Positions 56,657 through 64,000 of a stretch of 64,000 nt of DNA are shown here, piece after piece; the first letter of the stretch is position 1, and each line of letters begins with the position of its first letter. A program made the position numbers and the translations under genes. Location: the NCBI GenBank assembly GCA_963828605.1, contig CAWHER010000001.1, positions 334,102-398,101 of the forward strand, given 5' to 3'. Source of the stretch: an uncultured Actinomycetota bacterium. GTDB lineage: Bacteria > Actinomycetota > Actinomycetes > Mycobacteriales > QHCD01. The notes beneath the pieces are model-generated. The model saw only the letters and a list, made by a program, of their open reading frames with translations. It did no database searches and was not told the DNA's origin.

Positions 56657-56950
56657 CTAGGAGACGGCCTCGATGATCCTGATCTCGCGCTCGGCTCCGT
56701 CGCCGAGGACGGCCAGGGCCTTCTGGTAGTCGGGGCTGTGATAGGCCGCCACGGCCTGCTCCACGCTGTCGAACTCGATGAGCGTGGTCCGCTCGGTGGT
56801 CCCCAACTCGAACGCGTGCGCCGGGTTGCCGCGGGCGAGGAACCGTCCGCCCGCGGCCCGCATGGCCGGGCCTGAGAGCTCGACGTAGGCGGCCAGCTTG
56901 TCGGTGTCGCTGATCGTCGTGAACGTGTTGATCCAGTAGGCCTTCGCCAT
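56657..56950 (-). CDS. DUF1330 domain protein
   Basis: MAKAYWINTFTTISDTDKLAAYVELSGPAMRAAGGRFLARG...TLIEFDSVEQAVAAYHSPDYQKAL matches the DUF1330 pattern. Confidence 0.75.
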   Translation of the reverse strand: MAKAYWINTFTTISDTDKLAAYVELSGPAMRAAGGRFLARGNPAHAFELGTTERTTLIEFDSVEQAVAAYHSPDYQKALAVLGDGAEREIRIIEAVS

Positions 56951-56997
56951 GTCCTGCCTCATCCCGCTGCCTGGGTGCCCGAACTGCCACCACCACG

Positions 56998-57384
56998 CTA
57001 GCCGGGTGAGCCGAGGAGAAGTCCGGCGGCGATCAGCATGACGACGGCGGTGGTGCCGTGCATCGCGTAGGCGAGGACCTTCGGGCCCCCGTTGCGGAGG
57101 ACGATCGTGGCGTCCCCCATCGGGATGACGGCCGCCGCCAGCATGAACCAGCCGAGGGCGTGTGGCGGACCGGCCAGGATCAGCGCGAGCAGGACCAGGC
57201 CCGAGGCGAGGTCGCGCACGGCCTTGACGGACAGGTAGGCCGCCGCCTTCTGCGCCTCCGGTTCGATGGCGACGCCGAAGCCGGCCGCGGACTGCCGGGG
57301 CGCGAAGAAGAAGCGCAGTCCGACGACGGTGATGCCGACGCAGATCAGCCAGGACAGTGCGTCGGCGACGTGGACGGCGGTCAT
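56998..57384 (-). CDS. DUF4267-like small membrane protein
   Basis: 128 aa with four hydrophobic segments. Its ATG overlaps the hemerythrin gene stop (ATGA). Confidence 0.55.
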   Translation of the reverse strand: MTAVHVADALSWLICVGITVVGLRFFFAPRQSAAGFGVAIEPEAQKAAAYLSVKAVRDLASGLVLLALILAGPPHALGWFMLAAAVIPMGDATIVLRNGGPKVLAYAMHGTTAVVMLIAAGLLLGSPG

Positions 57385-58109
57385 CGGGTCTCCTCCGCTC
57401 GCGTCGCGACTCCCGCCGACCCTCGCCGGGCGGCACCAGGGCCGCGAACCTGCCGCACCCGGCGCGTGTAGAGGGTGCGTCCGACGGTCCGCCAGACGAT
57501 GCGAGCCATCGCCGGCATGGCGTCGAGCAGGGCTGACCGTTCGGCCCGGTCGGCGTCCTCGAGAACCGCCCCGAGGAAGATCAGCAGTTGGCTCTTGGGC
57601 GTGGTGGCGACGAAGTGCTCGCCCAGCGCATTCCATTCGGCCTGGGCGAGATGGCGGCCGGCGAGCGGGAGCAGGCGGGCCTCCTCGTCGTCGAGATGGT
57701 CGATGAGGACGCCCCGGTGGTCGACGAGGGCCTCGGTCAGCCGGTCTCTCGCGGACGCACCTGCCGATGCCTGCCAGGCCGGCAGCGCCGCCATCGCCCG
57801 CTCCAGCGTGCGACTGATCTGCTCGTGCTGCTCCTCCATCCGCGCCACGACATCGGTGTCGACGTCGACACGTGCGTGCAGAAGGGGCCAGAGCAGTTCG
57901 TCCTCTCCGTGGTGGTGGGAGTGCAACCCGGCCTGGTACCAGCGCAGGTGATCGGCGAGGGTCCGGGCGCGTGTCGTATCACCGACCGGTACGCCGGCGA
58001 TCAGCTCTGCGAGGAGCCGGGACTCGCGGCGGAAGGCCCGGTGGATGACGACCATCTCGTGCGTGTCCAACGGTTGCCCAGCGACGACGTTCTGCCCGTC
58101 GGTGGTCAT
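57381..58109 (-). CDS. Hemerythrin (HHE cation-binding) domain protein
   Basis: HEMVVIHRAFRRE...HLRWYQAGLHSHHHGEDELLWPLL...EQHEQI...LIDHLDDEEARLLP shows the His/Glu ligand pattern of hemerythrin-like domains. Confidence 0.8.
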   Translation of the reverse strand: MTTDGQNVVAGQPLDTHEMVVIHRAFRRESRLLAELIAGVPVGDTTRARTLADHLRWYQAGLHSHHHGEDELLWPLLHARVDVDTDVVARMEEQHEQISRTLERAMAALPAWQASAGASARDRLTEALVDHRGVLIDHLDDEEARLLPLAGRHLAQAEWNALGEHFVATTPKSQLLIFLGAVLEDADRAERSALLDAMPAMARIVWRTVGRTLYTRRVRQVRGPGAARRGSAGVATRAEETR

Positions 58110-58147
58110 GGGGTGTCCTTTCTCTCCAGGTCGGTGGCGCAGCGGGA

Positions 58148-58635
58148 TCAGTTCGTCGTGCGGGCGCCCTGCCAGCTGTCGCTCTCGACGAAGTGGGTGT
58201 CGAAGTGGTCCTGGAGGGCCAGCAGCGTCTCGCGCGGCTCGAGGCCCGGCCGCATCTTGACGACGTGGCGGAAGTAGTCGAATCGCTCGACTCCCGGCGT
58301 GATCACGATCAGTGCCTCGGCGGTCGAGCCGCGGTGGGCGGCGAAGGCGTGGGACTGTCCGGGCGGCACGACGAGCAGGTCGCCGGTGCCGCGGCGACGA
58401 CGTCGGCGCCGACCAGGACGTCGAGGGTGCCGTCGAGGATGTAGAAGAGCTCCGAGGAGTTGTCGTGCCGGTGCGGGACGGCGCCGTCGGCTCCGCGGGC
58501 GAGTGCGATGCGGTGGCTGCTGAGCGCACCGCCGGTGGCGCTGCTGTCGGCGAGGAGTACGTGGCCGATCGAGTCGAGCCGTTCGGCCTCCTCGGCCCGG
58601 ATGAGCACCGGTGGGTGGGTGAGGATCGAAGACAT
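58148..58635 (-). pseudogene. Cupin-domain protein; one frame break near 58385
   Basis: MSSILTHPPVLIRAEEAERLDSIGHVLLADSSATGGALSSHRIALARGADGAVPHRHDNSSELFYILDGTLDVLVG, then in another frame GDLLVVPPGQSHAFAA...ALIVITPGVERFDYF. Confidence 0.7.
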
Positions 58636-58720
58636 CGGGTGGGCTCCTGTCGGTTGCTGTCCGGCTTCCACTGTCGGGGAACAGCAGGGATCGGTCCAAC
58701 AGATAGTCGCCATGATCACC

Positions 58721-58735
58721 ATTGATAGAATCGAT
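58721..58735. promoter_or_regulatory. AT-rich imperfect dyad ATTGATAGAATCGAT (T-N11-A type) in the cupin/LysR divergent region
   Basis: It lies 3 nt before the LysR ATG, in the only AT-rich patch of the 100-bp intergenic region. The spacing is LysR-box-like. Confidence 0.3.
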
Positions 58736-58737
58736 TT

Positions 58738-59624
58738 ATGGAACTCCGCCAGCTCGAACACTTCGTCGCGGTCGCGGACGAACTGCACTTCACCCGCGCC
58801 GCGGCGCGGGTGCACGTGGTGCAGTCCAGTCTCAGCGCGTCGATCGCCGCACTCGAACGGGAACTGGGCGACGTCTCTTCGTCCGGGACAACCGGCGCGT
58901 CGTCGCTCACCCAGGCCGGCCGGGCGTTGCTCCCGGCCGCGCGTCGGGCGCTCGACGCGGTCGACGCCGGCCGCGACGCGGTCGATGGCGTCCGCGGGGT
59001 GCTGCACGGCGAGCTGCACGTCGGCGCCATCCAGACCCTGGGTGCGTCGACCTGAGCGTGGTGCTCGCCGCCTTCCGGCAGGCCCATCCGGAGGTCGCGC
59101 TCCGGGTGACGCACGGAGCGGCCGCCGATCTCGCCCGCGCGGCCGCCGACGCAGAGCTCGACATCGCCTTCGTCGACGGGCCGATCGACCGGAGCCGCCT
59201 CGCCCGGACGACGCTGGGCCACGACGAGCTCGTGCTCGCGGTGCCGCGCACCGACCCGCTGGCGACGCGTAGGTCGATCCGGCTCGGGGACAAGGCGCTC
59301 CGGGAGCGGGACTTCGTCGAGTACCGCGCGGACTCGGCCCTGCGGGCCCAGATCGACGCGGCCTGCGCCGCGGCCGGACTCGCCCGCCGGGTCGGCTGTG
59401 AGGCGAGCACCATCCAGTACCTCACCGAATTCGTCGCGCAGGGACTCGGCGTATCAGTCCTGCCGCCCGCGGCGATCCGCGCCGTGGCGTCCGCTGTTGC
59501 CGCCGTCCCGATCACACCGCCGCTCCGCCGGGACATCTACGCCGTCGTCGGCGCGGGACGTCCCCCCACCGGCGCGACCCGGGCCCTGCTGGGTCTCGTC
59601 GCGTCCGGCGTCGGACGGCTGTAG
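58738..59624 (+). pseudogene. LysR-family transcriptional regulator; frame-disrupted
   Basis: MELRQLEHFVAVADELHFTRAAARVHVVQSSLSASIAALEREL is the wHTH. After the frame breaks the substrate-binding domain follows: LAAFRQAHPEVALRVTHG...DIAFVDGP...LTEFVAQGLGVSVLP. Confidence 0.85.
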
Positions 59625-59662
59625 CCCCTCCGCACGACCGCGCCTGCTGGTTCAATGAGGCG

Positions 59663-60706
59663 ATGGCCGTGTCCGAGGGGGAACCGGCGTCGGCCGGCGT
59701 CGACCGCGCGGACGCTATTCGTGTCTCGCTGCCACGCGAGGTCGACCGGCTCGCCGGTGAATTCTCCGGTGTCGTCTCGGTCAGCCGCGCCGGCGACGTC
59801 CTGTTCGAGCGCGCCTACGGCCTGGCCGACCGCCGGCACGGTGTCGCCGCGACCACCGACACGATGTTCGCCGTCGCCAGCGGCTGCAAGGGGTTCACCG
59901 CGCTGGTCGTCGCCGATCTGATCACCGAGGGCGCGCTCGGCTGGGACACGCGGGCCCGCGCGGTGCTCGGCATCGACCTCCCGCTGATCGCGGCCGACGT
60001 CACCGTCGAGCAACTCCTCGCCCACCGGTCCGGGATCGGCGACTATCTCGACGAGGAGGACGAGGACGACTGGCCGGCGCGGGTGCGCGTCCAGGACCTC
60101 GTCGACACCGCCGCCTTCCTCCCGGTCCTGGATGCCTTCCCGACGGTTTTCCCGGCAGGGGAGCGGTTCGCCTATTGCAACGGCGGCTACGTCGTGCTCG
60201 CCCTGATCGCCGAGCGTGTCACGGGGTCGTCGTACCACGATCTCGTCGGTGAGCGCGTGCTCACCCGGGCCGGCATGTCCGACACCGGGTTTCCCCGGTC
60301 GGACGCCCTGCCCGGCCGCGCCGCGACGGGCTACCTCGACGACGGACGCACCAACGTGTTCCAGCTCCCCGTCCGGGGCAGCGGGGACGGCGGCGCGTAC
60401 TCGACCGTCGGAGATTTTCGGGCGTTCTGGACGGCGCTGTTCGCCGGCCGGATCCTGCCGACCGACGTCGTGGCCCGGATGGTGGCGCCGACCAGTGACG
60501 TGCCGGAGTACCGGAACCGTTACGGGCTGGGCTTCTGGCTGCATGCCGACCGGCCGACGGTCTATCTCGAAGGCGCGGACCTCGGTGTGTCGTTCCGGAG
60601 CGCGCACGATCCGGGGACCGGCCTGACGTGGACGGTCATGTCCAACACGACCGACGGCGCGTGGCCGATCGCCGGACTGCTGATGGACCGCCTCGCTAAT
60701 CGGTGA
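59663..60706 (+). CDS. Serine hydrolase, beta-lactamase/transpeptidase-like family
   Basis: FAVASGCKGFTA carries the SxxK motif, and YCNGGY is a YxN-like motif. Intact 347-aa ORF. Confidence 0.8.
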   Translation: MAVSEGEPASAGVDRADAIRVSLPREVDRLAGEFSGVVSVSRAGDVLFERAYGLADRRHGVAATTDTMFAVASGCKGFTALVVADLITEGALGWDTRARAVLGIDLPLIAADVTVEQLLAHRSGIGDYLDEEDEDDWPARVRVQDLVDTAAFLPVLDAFPTVFPAGERFAYCNGGYVVLALIAERVTGSSYHDLVGERVLTRAGMSDTGFPRSDALPGRAATGYLDDGRTNVFQLPVRGSGDGGAYSTVGDFRAFWTALFAGRILPTDVVARMVAPTSDVPEYRNRYGLGFWLHADRPTVYLEGADLGVSFRSAHDPGTGLTWTVMSNTTDGAWPIAGLLMDRLANR

Positions 60707-60869
60707 TCCGGTGGGGCGACCGGTGAGGATGGGCATCATCGTGCGCCGTACTCGCGCAGCGGGGTCGATCTTGCGAGTAGGGCGCACGACGTCGACCCAT
60801 CCCCTTCCGCTGTGCCCTTGCGTCGCTGAGCGGAGCAAGGGCACAACGTCGGGATGGCTTGTTGGGCGG

Positions 60870-61025
60870 TCCACAGATCCCCGGCGCGCCCGCGCGGTTG
60901 CCGCGCATCGGTCTGTGGTCGAGCAGATCCTCGGCGAGGATCTCCTCAGCGTGCAAGAGCTCCCCGGCCGACTAGATCTCGTGAAGCCATCGCTGGTACA
61001 GCGCCTTGTTGGCATCAGATCCCAT
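60870..61025 (-). pseudogene. Remnant of a SnoaL/ester-cyclase-like gene (truncated and frame-shifted)
   Basis: ATG 61025 gives MGSDANKALYQRWLHEI*. The next frame gives LHAEEILAEDLLDHRPMRGNRAGAPGI. Together they resemble the N-terminus of ester cyclases (…NKALVRRFYEE…LAPDFVDH.P). No continuation is present. Confidence 0.35.
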
Positions 61026-61057
61026 GGCGGGATCGTGCCGTACCCGCGGCTGCCGCA

Positions 61058-61465
61058 CTACAGATTGATGAGCAGTGGGACGCCGGCCGCGTGCGCGGCC
61101 TTGGCCAGGGTTTGGTCGAGAGTAGCGAGGGCGGCCCCGAGCCGTTCGGCCGTGAGAAGGTACGAGGCGTCGTAGGAGCTCAACGTGTGACGTCGTCCTG
61201 CGGCGACGATCAGTGCCATGTCGGCGGCGGAGGCCTCGACGTCGATCGGTAGCTGGGCAAGGAGTTCGAGGAATCGGCTCGCCTGCGCCTCGCTGAGGCG
61301 GCCGCGTCGCTCGGCGACCAGCAGAACGTTGGCGACTTCCAGCGGCCAGATCGCCGGGACGACGGCTTCCTCGTCACGGAGCCGGTCCAGCACCGCCTCC
61401 GTCGCTTCGGTCGCCTCGTCCTCGAAGCACCAGGCCATGACGACGCTCGTGTCGACGACGAACAC
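61058..61465 (-). CDS. vapC: Type II toxin VapC (PIN-domain ribonuclease)
   Basis: FVVDTSVVMAWCFEDE (first acidic residue), …PAIWPLEVANVL…, …SSYDASYLLTAERLGAALATLD. It is 135 aa and starts 3 nt after the antitoxin stop. Confidence 0.85.
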   Translation of the reverse strand: MFVVDTSVVMAWCFEDEATEATEAVLDRLRDEEAVVPAIWPLEVANVLLVAERRGRLSEAQASRFLELLAQLPIDVEASAADMALIVAAGRRHTLSSYDASYLLTAERLGAALATLDQTLAKAAHAAGVPLLINL

Positions 61466-61468
61466 GCG

Positions 61469-61708
61469 CTAGCGCCGCCCTTCCTCGACCATCTCGCGCA
61501 CCGACGCGCCGTCGAGCCGAACGCCGACCCGCGCGCTGCGCAAGGCCGCGATCACCTCTTCGGGAGTGGATCGTGAACCGACCGGCACGAGTCGGGCCAC
61601 AACTCGACCATGCTTGGTGATCGTGACGCTGTCGCCCCGCTCGACCTGGTCAAGCAGGCGAGGCAGGTGCGTCTTGGCGTCATACGCACCGATCAAGGAA
61701 TCGTCCAC
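61469..61708 (-). CDS. vapB: Phd/YefM-type antitoxin (VapB partner)
   Basis: …IGAYDAKTHLPRLLDQVERGDSVTITKHGRVVARLVPV… is the classic Phd/YefM N-terminal domain. It is 79 aa. Confidence 0.85.
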   Translation of the reverse strand: MDDSLIGAYDAKTHLPRLLDQVERGDSVTITKHGRVVARLVPVGSRSTPEEVIAALRSARVGVRLDGASVREMVEEGRR

Positions 61709-61715
61709 AAACTCA

Positions 61716-61738
61716 GACTAGTCTCCGACCAGTCTTAT
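61716..61738 (-). promoter_or_regulatory. Candidate antitoxin operator: AGACTAGTCT palindrome plus an adjacent AGACTGGTC half-repeat
   Basis: The perfect 10-bp palindrome at 61716-61725 lies 8 nt upstream of the vapB GTG. A second related copy is at 61730-61738 on the opposite strand. Confidence 0.4.
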
Positions 61739-61947
61739 CACAAGTGCGGACGCGGGCAGCCCAGACCCTCGGTCCGTATCGCCTGGTGAGATCCCGGGCC
61801 TCGATCACCCGAACTCCTTCCGTAGTTGGTGCTTACGGAAGAGATCACGCTATGCAGGTGGCCGCCCGCCCGAGAGCCGGCTGACGGCCGTCTTCTGCTG
61901 GGGGATTTCCCCCAGAGTTTTCGCCGGCGGCGCTGCCCCGTCGCCGA

Positions 61948-62523
61948 TCAACCGTGTCGGGTCGGCCGATAGGTCAGCACCTGCGTGTGGCCATCGAAGG
62001 TCTGGGCTTCGAGCAGCTCGAGGTCGAAGTCGTCTGCATCGTCGAAGATCCGGTCCACGCCGGTCGCCCCGGAGATCACTGGGAAGACCGTCACCTCGAT
62101 GGTGTCGATCAGGCCGGCGTTCAGTAGCGCCCGGTTGAGCGTCAGGCTTCCGTGGGAGCGCAGGGGCACGTCGGATTCGGCCTTGAGGCGCGTGACCACC
62201 TCGACAGGATCGCCGGACTCGATGGTCGTGTCTGGCCAGTCGAGCGGCTCGGTCAGCCGGCTGGAGAGCACCGTGACCGGGGAGTCGAACATGCGGCTGA
62301 TCCACCCATCGAACAGGCTGCGGTCGAAGCCTCCGTCAAGGAACGGCGCGTTCGACGAGTAGGTCTTGGCGCCGAGCACCATGCGCAGTGGGTCGCGGTA
62401 GGCCGCGGCGCGATGCGCAAGGAATTCGGGGCCCTGCTTGCCCCAGTAGCCGCCCCAGTCGCCGTTGTGGTTGGCGAAGCCGTCGAGCGTGGAGAAGATG
62501 TCGAAGGTGTATGTGGCAGTCAC
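61948..62523 (-). CDS. Dihydrofolate-reductase-family protein (RibD C-terminal-domain type)
   Basis: GTG 62523 follows GAGGAGA. VTATYTFDIFSTLDGFA...MVLGAKTY...LRSHGSLTLNRALLNAGLIDTIEVTVFPVISGATG is typical of the RibD_C/YyaP family. Confidence 0.75.
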   Translation of the reverse strand: MTATYTFDIFSTLDGFANHNGDWGGYWGKQGPEFLAHRAAAYRDPLRMVLGAKTYSSNAPFLDGGFDRSLFDGWISRMFDSPVTVLSSRLTEPLDWPDTTIESGDPVEVVTRLKAESDVPLRSHGSLTLNRALLNAGLIDTIEVTVFPVISGATGVDRIFDDADDFDLELLEAQTFDGHTQVLTYRPTRHG

Positions 62524-62736
62524 GGTGTCTCCTCGCGGGAAGTTGGTCGCGCCGCGCCCTGTGGCGGCCCCACCCCTGCTACGAACACCACCGCCCCGAT
62601 CCGACACGCTGCCCGGATTTCGTTCACGGACGAACTCTGGCCGGCCGATCTCACCGACTGCAGGATCGCCGAGGAGGCCGAGGCGTTGACCCGGGCATCA
62701 TCGACAGCGAACGATGTCCCGAGACATCACAAACGG

Positions 62737-62822
62737 TGTCCGAGGGGGGACTTGAACCCCCACGCCCATTAATAGGGCACTAGCACCTCAAGCTAGCGCG
62801 TCTGCCATTCCGCCACTCGGAC
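62737..62822 (-). tRNA. tRNA-Leu, anticodon GAG
   Basis: The reverse complement is GTCCGAGTGGCGGAATGGCAGACGCGCTAGCTTGAGGTGCTAGTGCCCTATTAATGGGCGTGGGGGTTCAAGTCCCCCCTCGGACA. It has a 7-bp acceptor stem, the anticodon arm CTAGC-TTGAGGT-GCTAG, a long variable arm, and GGTTCAAGTCC in the T loop. It is nearly identical in architecture to E. coli tRNA-Leu. The terminal CCA is not fully encoded (CCG). Confidence 0.95.
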
Positions 62823-62958
62823 CTGCGACGGCCTGCCGTATCCGACTGCCGCGCTCGGCCTAGCACTCTATCGGACCGCCGTGCCGTCCTCCCAACCAGC
62901 GCCCACAGCAGGTCCCTGCCGCCCGCACGGCGGCGGGCGGGCCTGGTAGGAAGACCTC

Positions 62959-64000
62959 ATGAGCGCCACCGCCGAGGACGAGGTCGTCGAGCTGTGCTCC
63001 GACCTGATCCGCATCGATACCACCAACACCGGCGACCCCGAGACCACCCAGGGTGAACGCGCGGCCGCCGAGTACGTCGCGGCGAAGCTCGAGGAGGTCG
63101 GGCTGTCGACGACCCTCCTGGAGTCCGAGCCCGGCCGGGCGAGTGTCGTGACCCGCATCGAGGGCGAGGACCGGTCCCGGCCGGCGCTGCTCGTGCACGG
63201 TCACCTCGACGTGGTGCCGGCCGACCCGTCCGAATGGTCCGTGCACCCCTTCTCCGGCGAGGAGCGCGACGGCTACCTCTGGGGCCGGGGCGCGGTCGAC
63301 ATGAAGGACATGGACGCGATGGTCCTGGCGCTGGTGCGGCAGTGGATGCGCGAGGGCCGCAAGCCGCCACGGGACGTCGTCCTCGCCTTCGTCGCCGACG
63401 AGGAGCACGGCGGCCGCAAGGGGGCCCGGTTCCTGGTCGACAACCACGCCGACCTGTTCTCCGGCGCGACCGAGGCGATCAGCGAGGTCGGCGGATTCAG
63501 TCTCACCGTCCGCGACGACCTGCGGCTCTACCTCATCCAGACCGCGGAGAAGGGCATGGCCTGGATGCGGCTGAAGGCATCCGGCCGACCCGGTCACGGG
63601 TCGATGGTGCACGACGACAACGCCGTCACCGAGCTCGCCGCCGCGGTCGCCCGGCTGGGCAGCCACAAGTTCCCGGTCGTCATGACCAAGACCACCCGCG
63701 CCTTCCTGGAGGCGTTGTCGGAGGCCCTCGGCATCGACTTCGACCCCGAGGACGTCGAGGGCACCCTGGCCCGGCTGGGCAATCTCGCCCGGATCGTCGG
63801 CGCGACGCTGCGCAACACGGCCAACCCGACGATGCTGCAGGCCGGCTACAAGACCAACGTGATCCCCGGTGCGGCGACGGCGACCGTCGACGGCCGGTTC
63901 CTGCCGGGCCAGGAGCAGGAGTTCGGCCGGCAGCTCGACGAGATCATCGGCGCCGACATCGCGCGGGAGTGGATCGTGCACGACCAGGCGGTCGAGACGA
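62959..64000 (+). CDS. M20/M25/M40-family metallopeptidase; 3' end lies outside the window
   Basis: ATG 62959. LIRIDTTNTGDPETT...LLVHGHLDVVPA...WGRGAVDMKDM...FVADEEHGG...GHGSM shows the M20 metal-ligand motifs. The frame is open to the window edge. Confidence 0.85.
   Translation, partial: MSATAEDEVVELCSDLIRIDTTNTGDPETTQGERAAAEYVAAKLEEVGLSTTLLESEPGRASVVTRIEGEDRSRPALLVHGHLDVVPADPSEWSVHPFSGEERDGYLWGRGAVDMKDMDAMVLALVRQWMREGRKPPRDVVLAFVADEEHGGRKGARFLVDNHADLFSGATEAISEVGGFSLTVRDDLRLYLIQTAEKGMAWMRLKASGRPGHGSMVHDDNAVTELAAAVARLGSHKFPVVMTKTTRAFLEALSEALGIDFDPEDVEGTLARLGNLARIVGATLRNTANPTMLQAGYKTNVIPGAATATVDGRFLPGQEQEFGRQLDEIIGADIAREWIVHDQAVET

Overview
Very GC-rich actinobacterial chromosomal segment (GC content and taxon not computed). 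No transposase, integrase, CRISPR array or rRNA was found. Positions 1-34,090 follow a gene order I recognise from Mycobacterium tuberculosis Rv1461-Rv1488: sufB-sufD-(Rieske)-sufC-sufS-sufU-DUF59, an ABC-F ATPase, a small HTH protein, aconitase, a RipA-like NlpC/P60 hydrolase, MoxR-DUF58-VWA, fabG1-inhA-ferrochelatase, an Rv1486c-like protein, then NfeD-SPFH. Lineage-specific genes are interleaved: an ABC exporter, MFS, SDR, TIGR03118, Sir2, a PAP2_C protein, an acyl-CoA ligase and moaA. Positions 38.9-47.6 kb hold an intact seven-gene hopanoid operon on the minus strand (hpnC-hpnD-hpnE-polyprenyl synthase-shc-[hpnG::ispH fusion]-hpnH), joined by overlapping stop/start codons. The rest is accessory-looking: a LacI/beta-glucosidase/oxidoreductase cluster, a GAF protein, an M1 peptidase, a secreted Cys-repeat protein, a DUF1330-DUF4267-hemerythrin operon, a cupin/LysR pair, a serine hydrolase, and vapBC next to tRNA-Leu(GAG). 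The most unusual item is a 265-bp array of seven near-perfect 23-25-bp palindromes sharing the core AACGTGACGTT, lying between the VWA gene and fabG1-inhA (26521-26785). Other items of interest are a 24-bp tandem repeat array that duplicates a start-codon region (37997-38160), the HpnG-IspH fusion ORF, and several short in-frame or intergenic tandem repeats. Many conserved genes (the whole suf operon, ABC-F, the ABC exporter, the acyl-CoA ligase, ripA-like, moaA, DUF58, beta-glucosidase, LysR) carry dense single-base frame breaks, while long neighbouring stretches are clean. I read this as patchy sequence or assembly error rather than true gene decay. Boundaries of those genes are therefore approximate.
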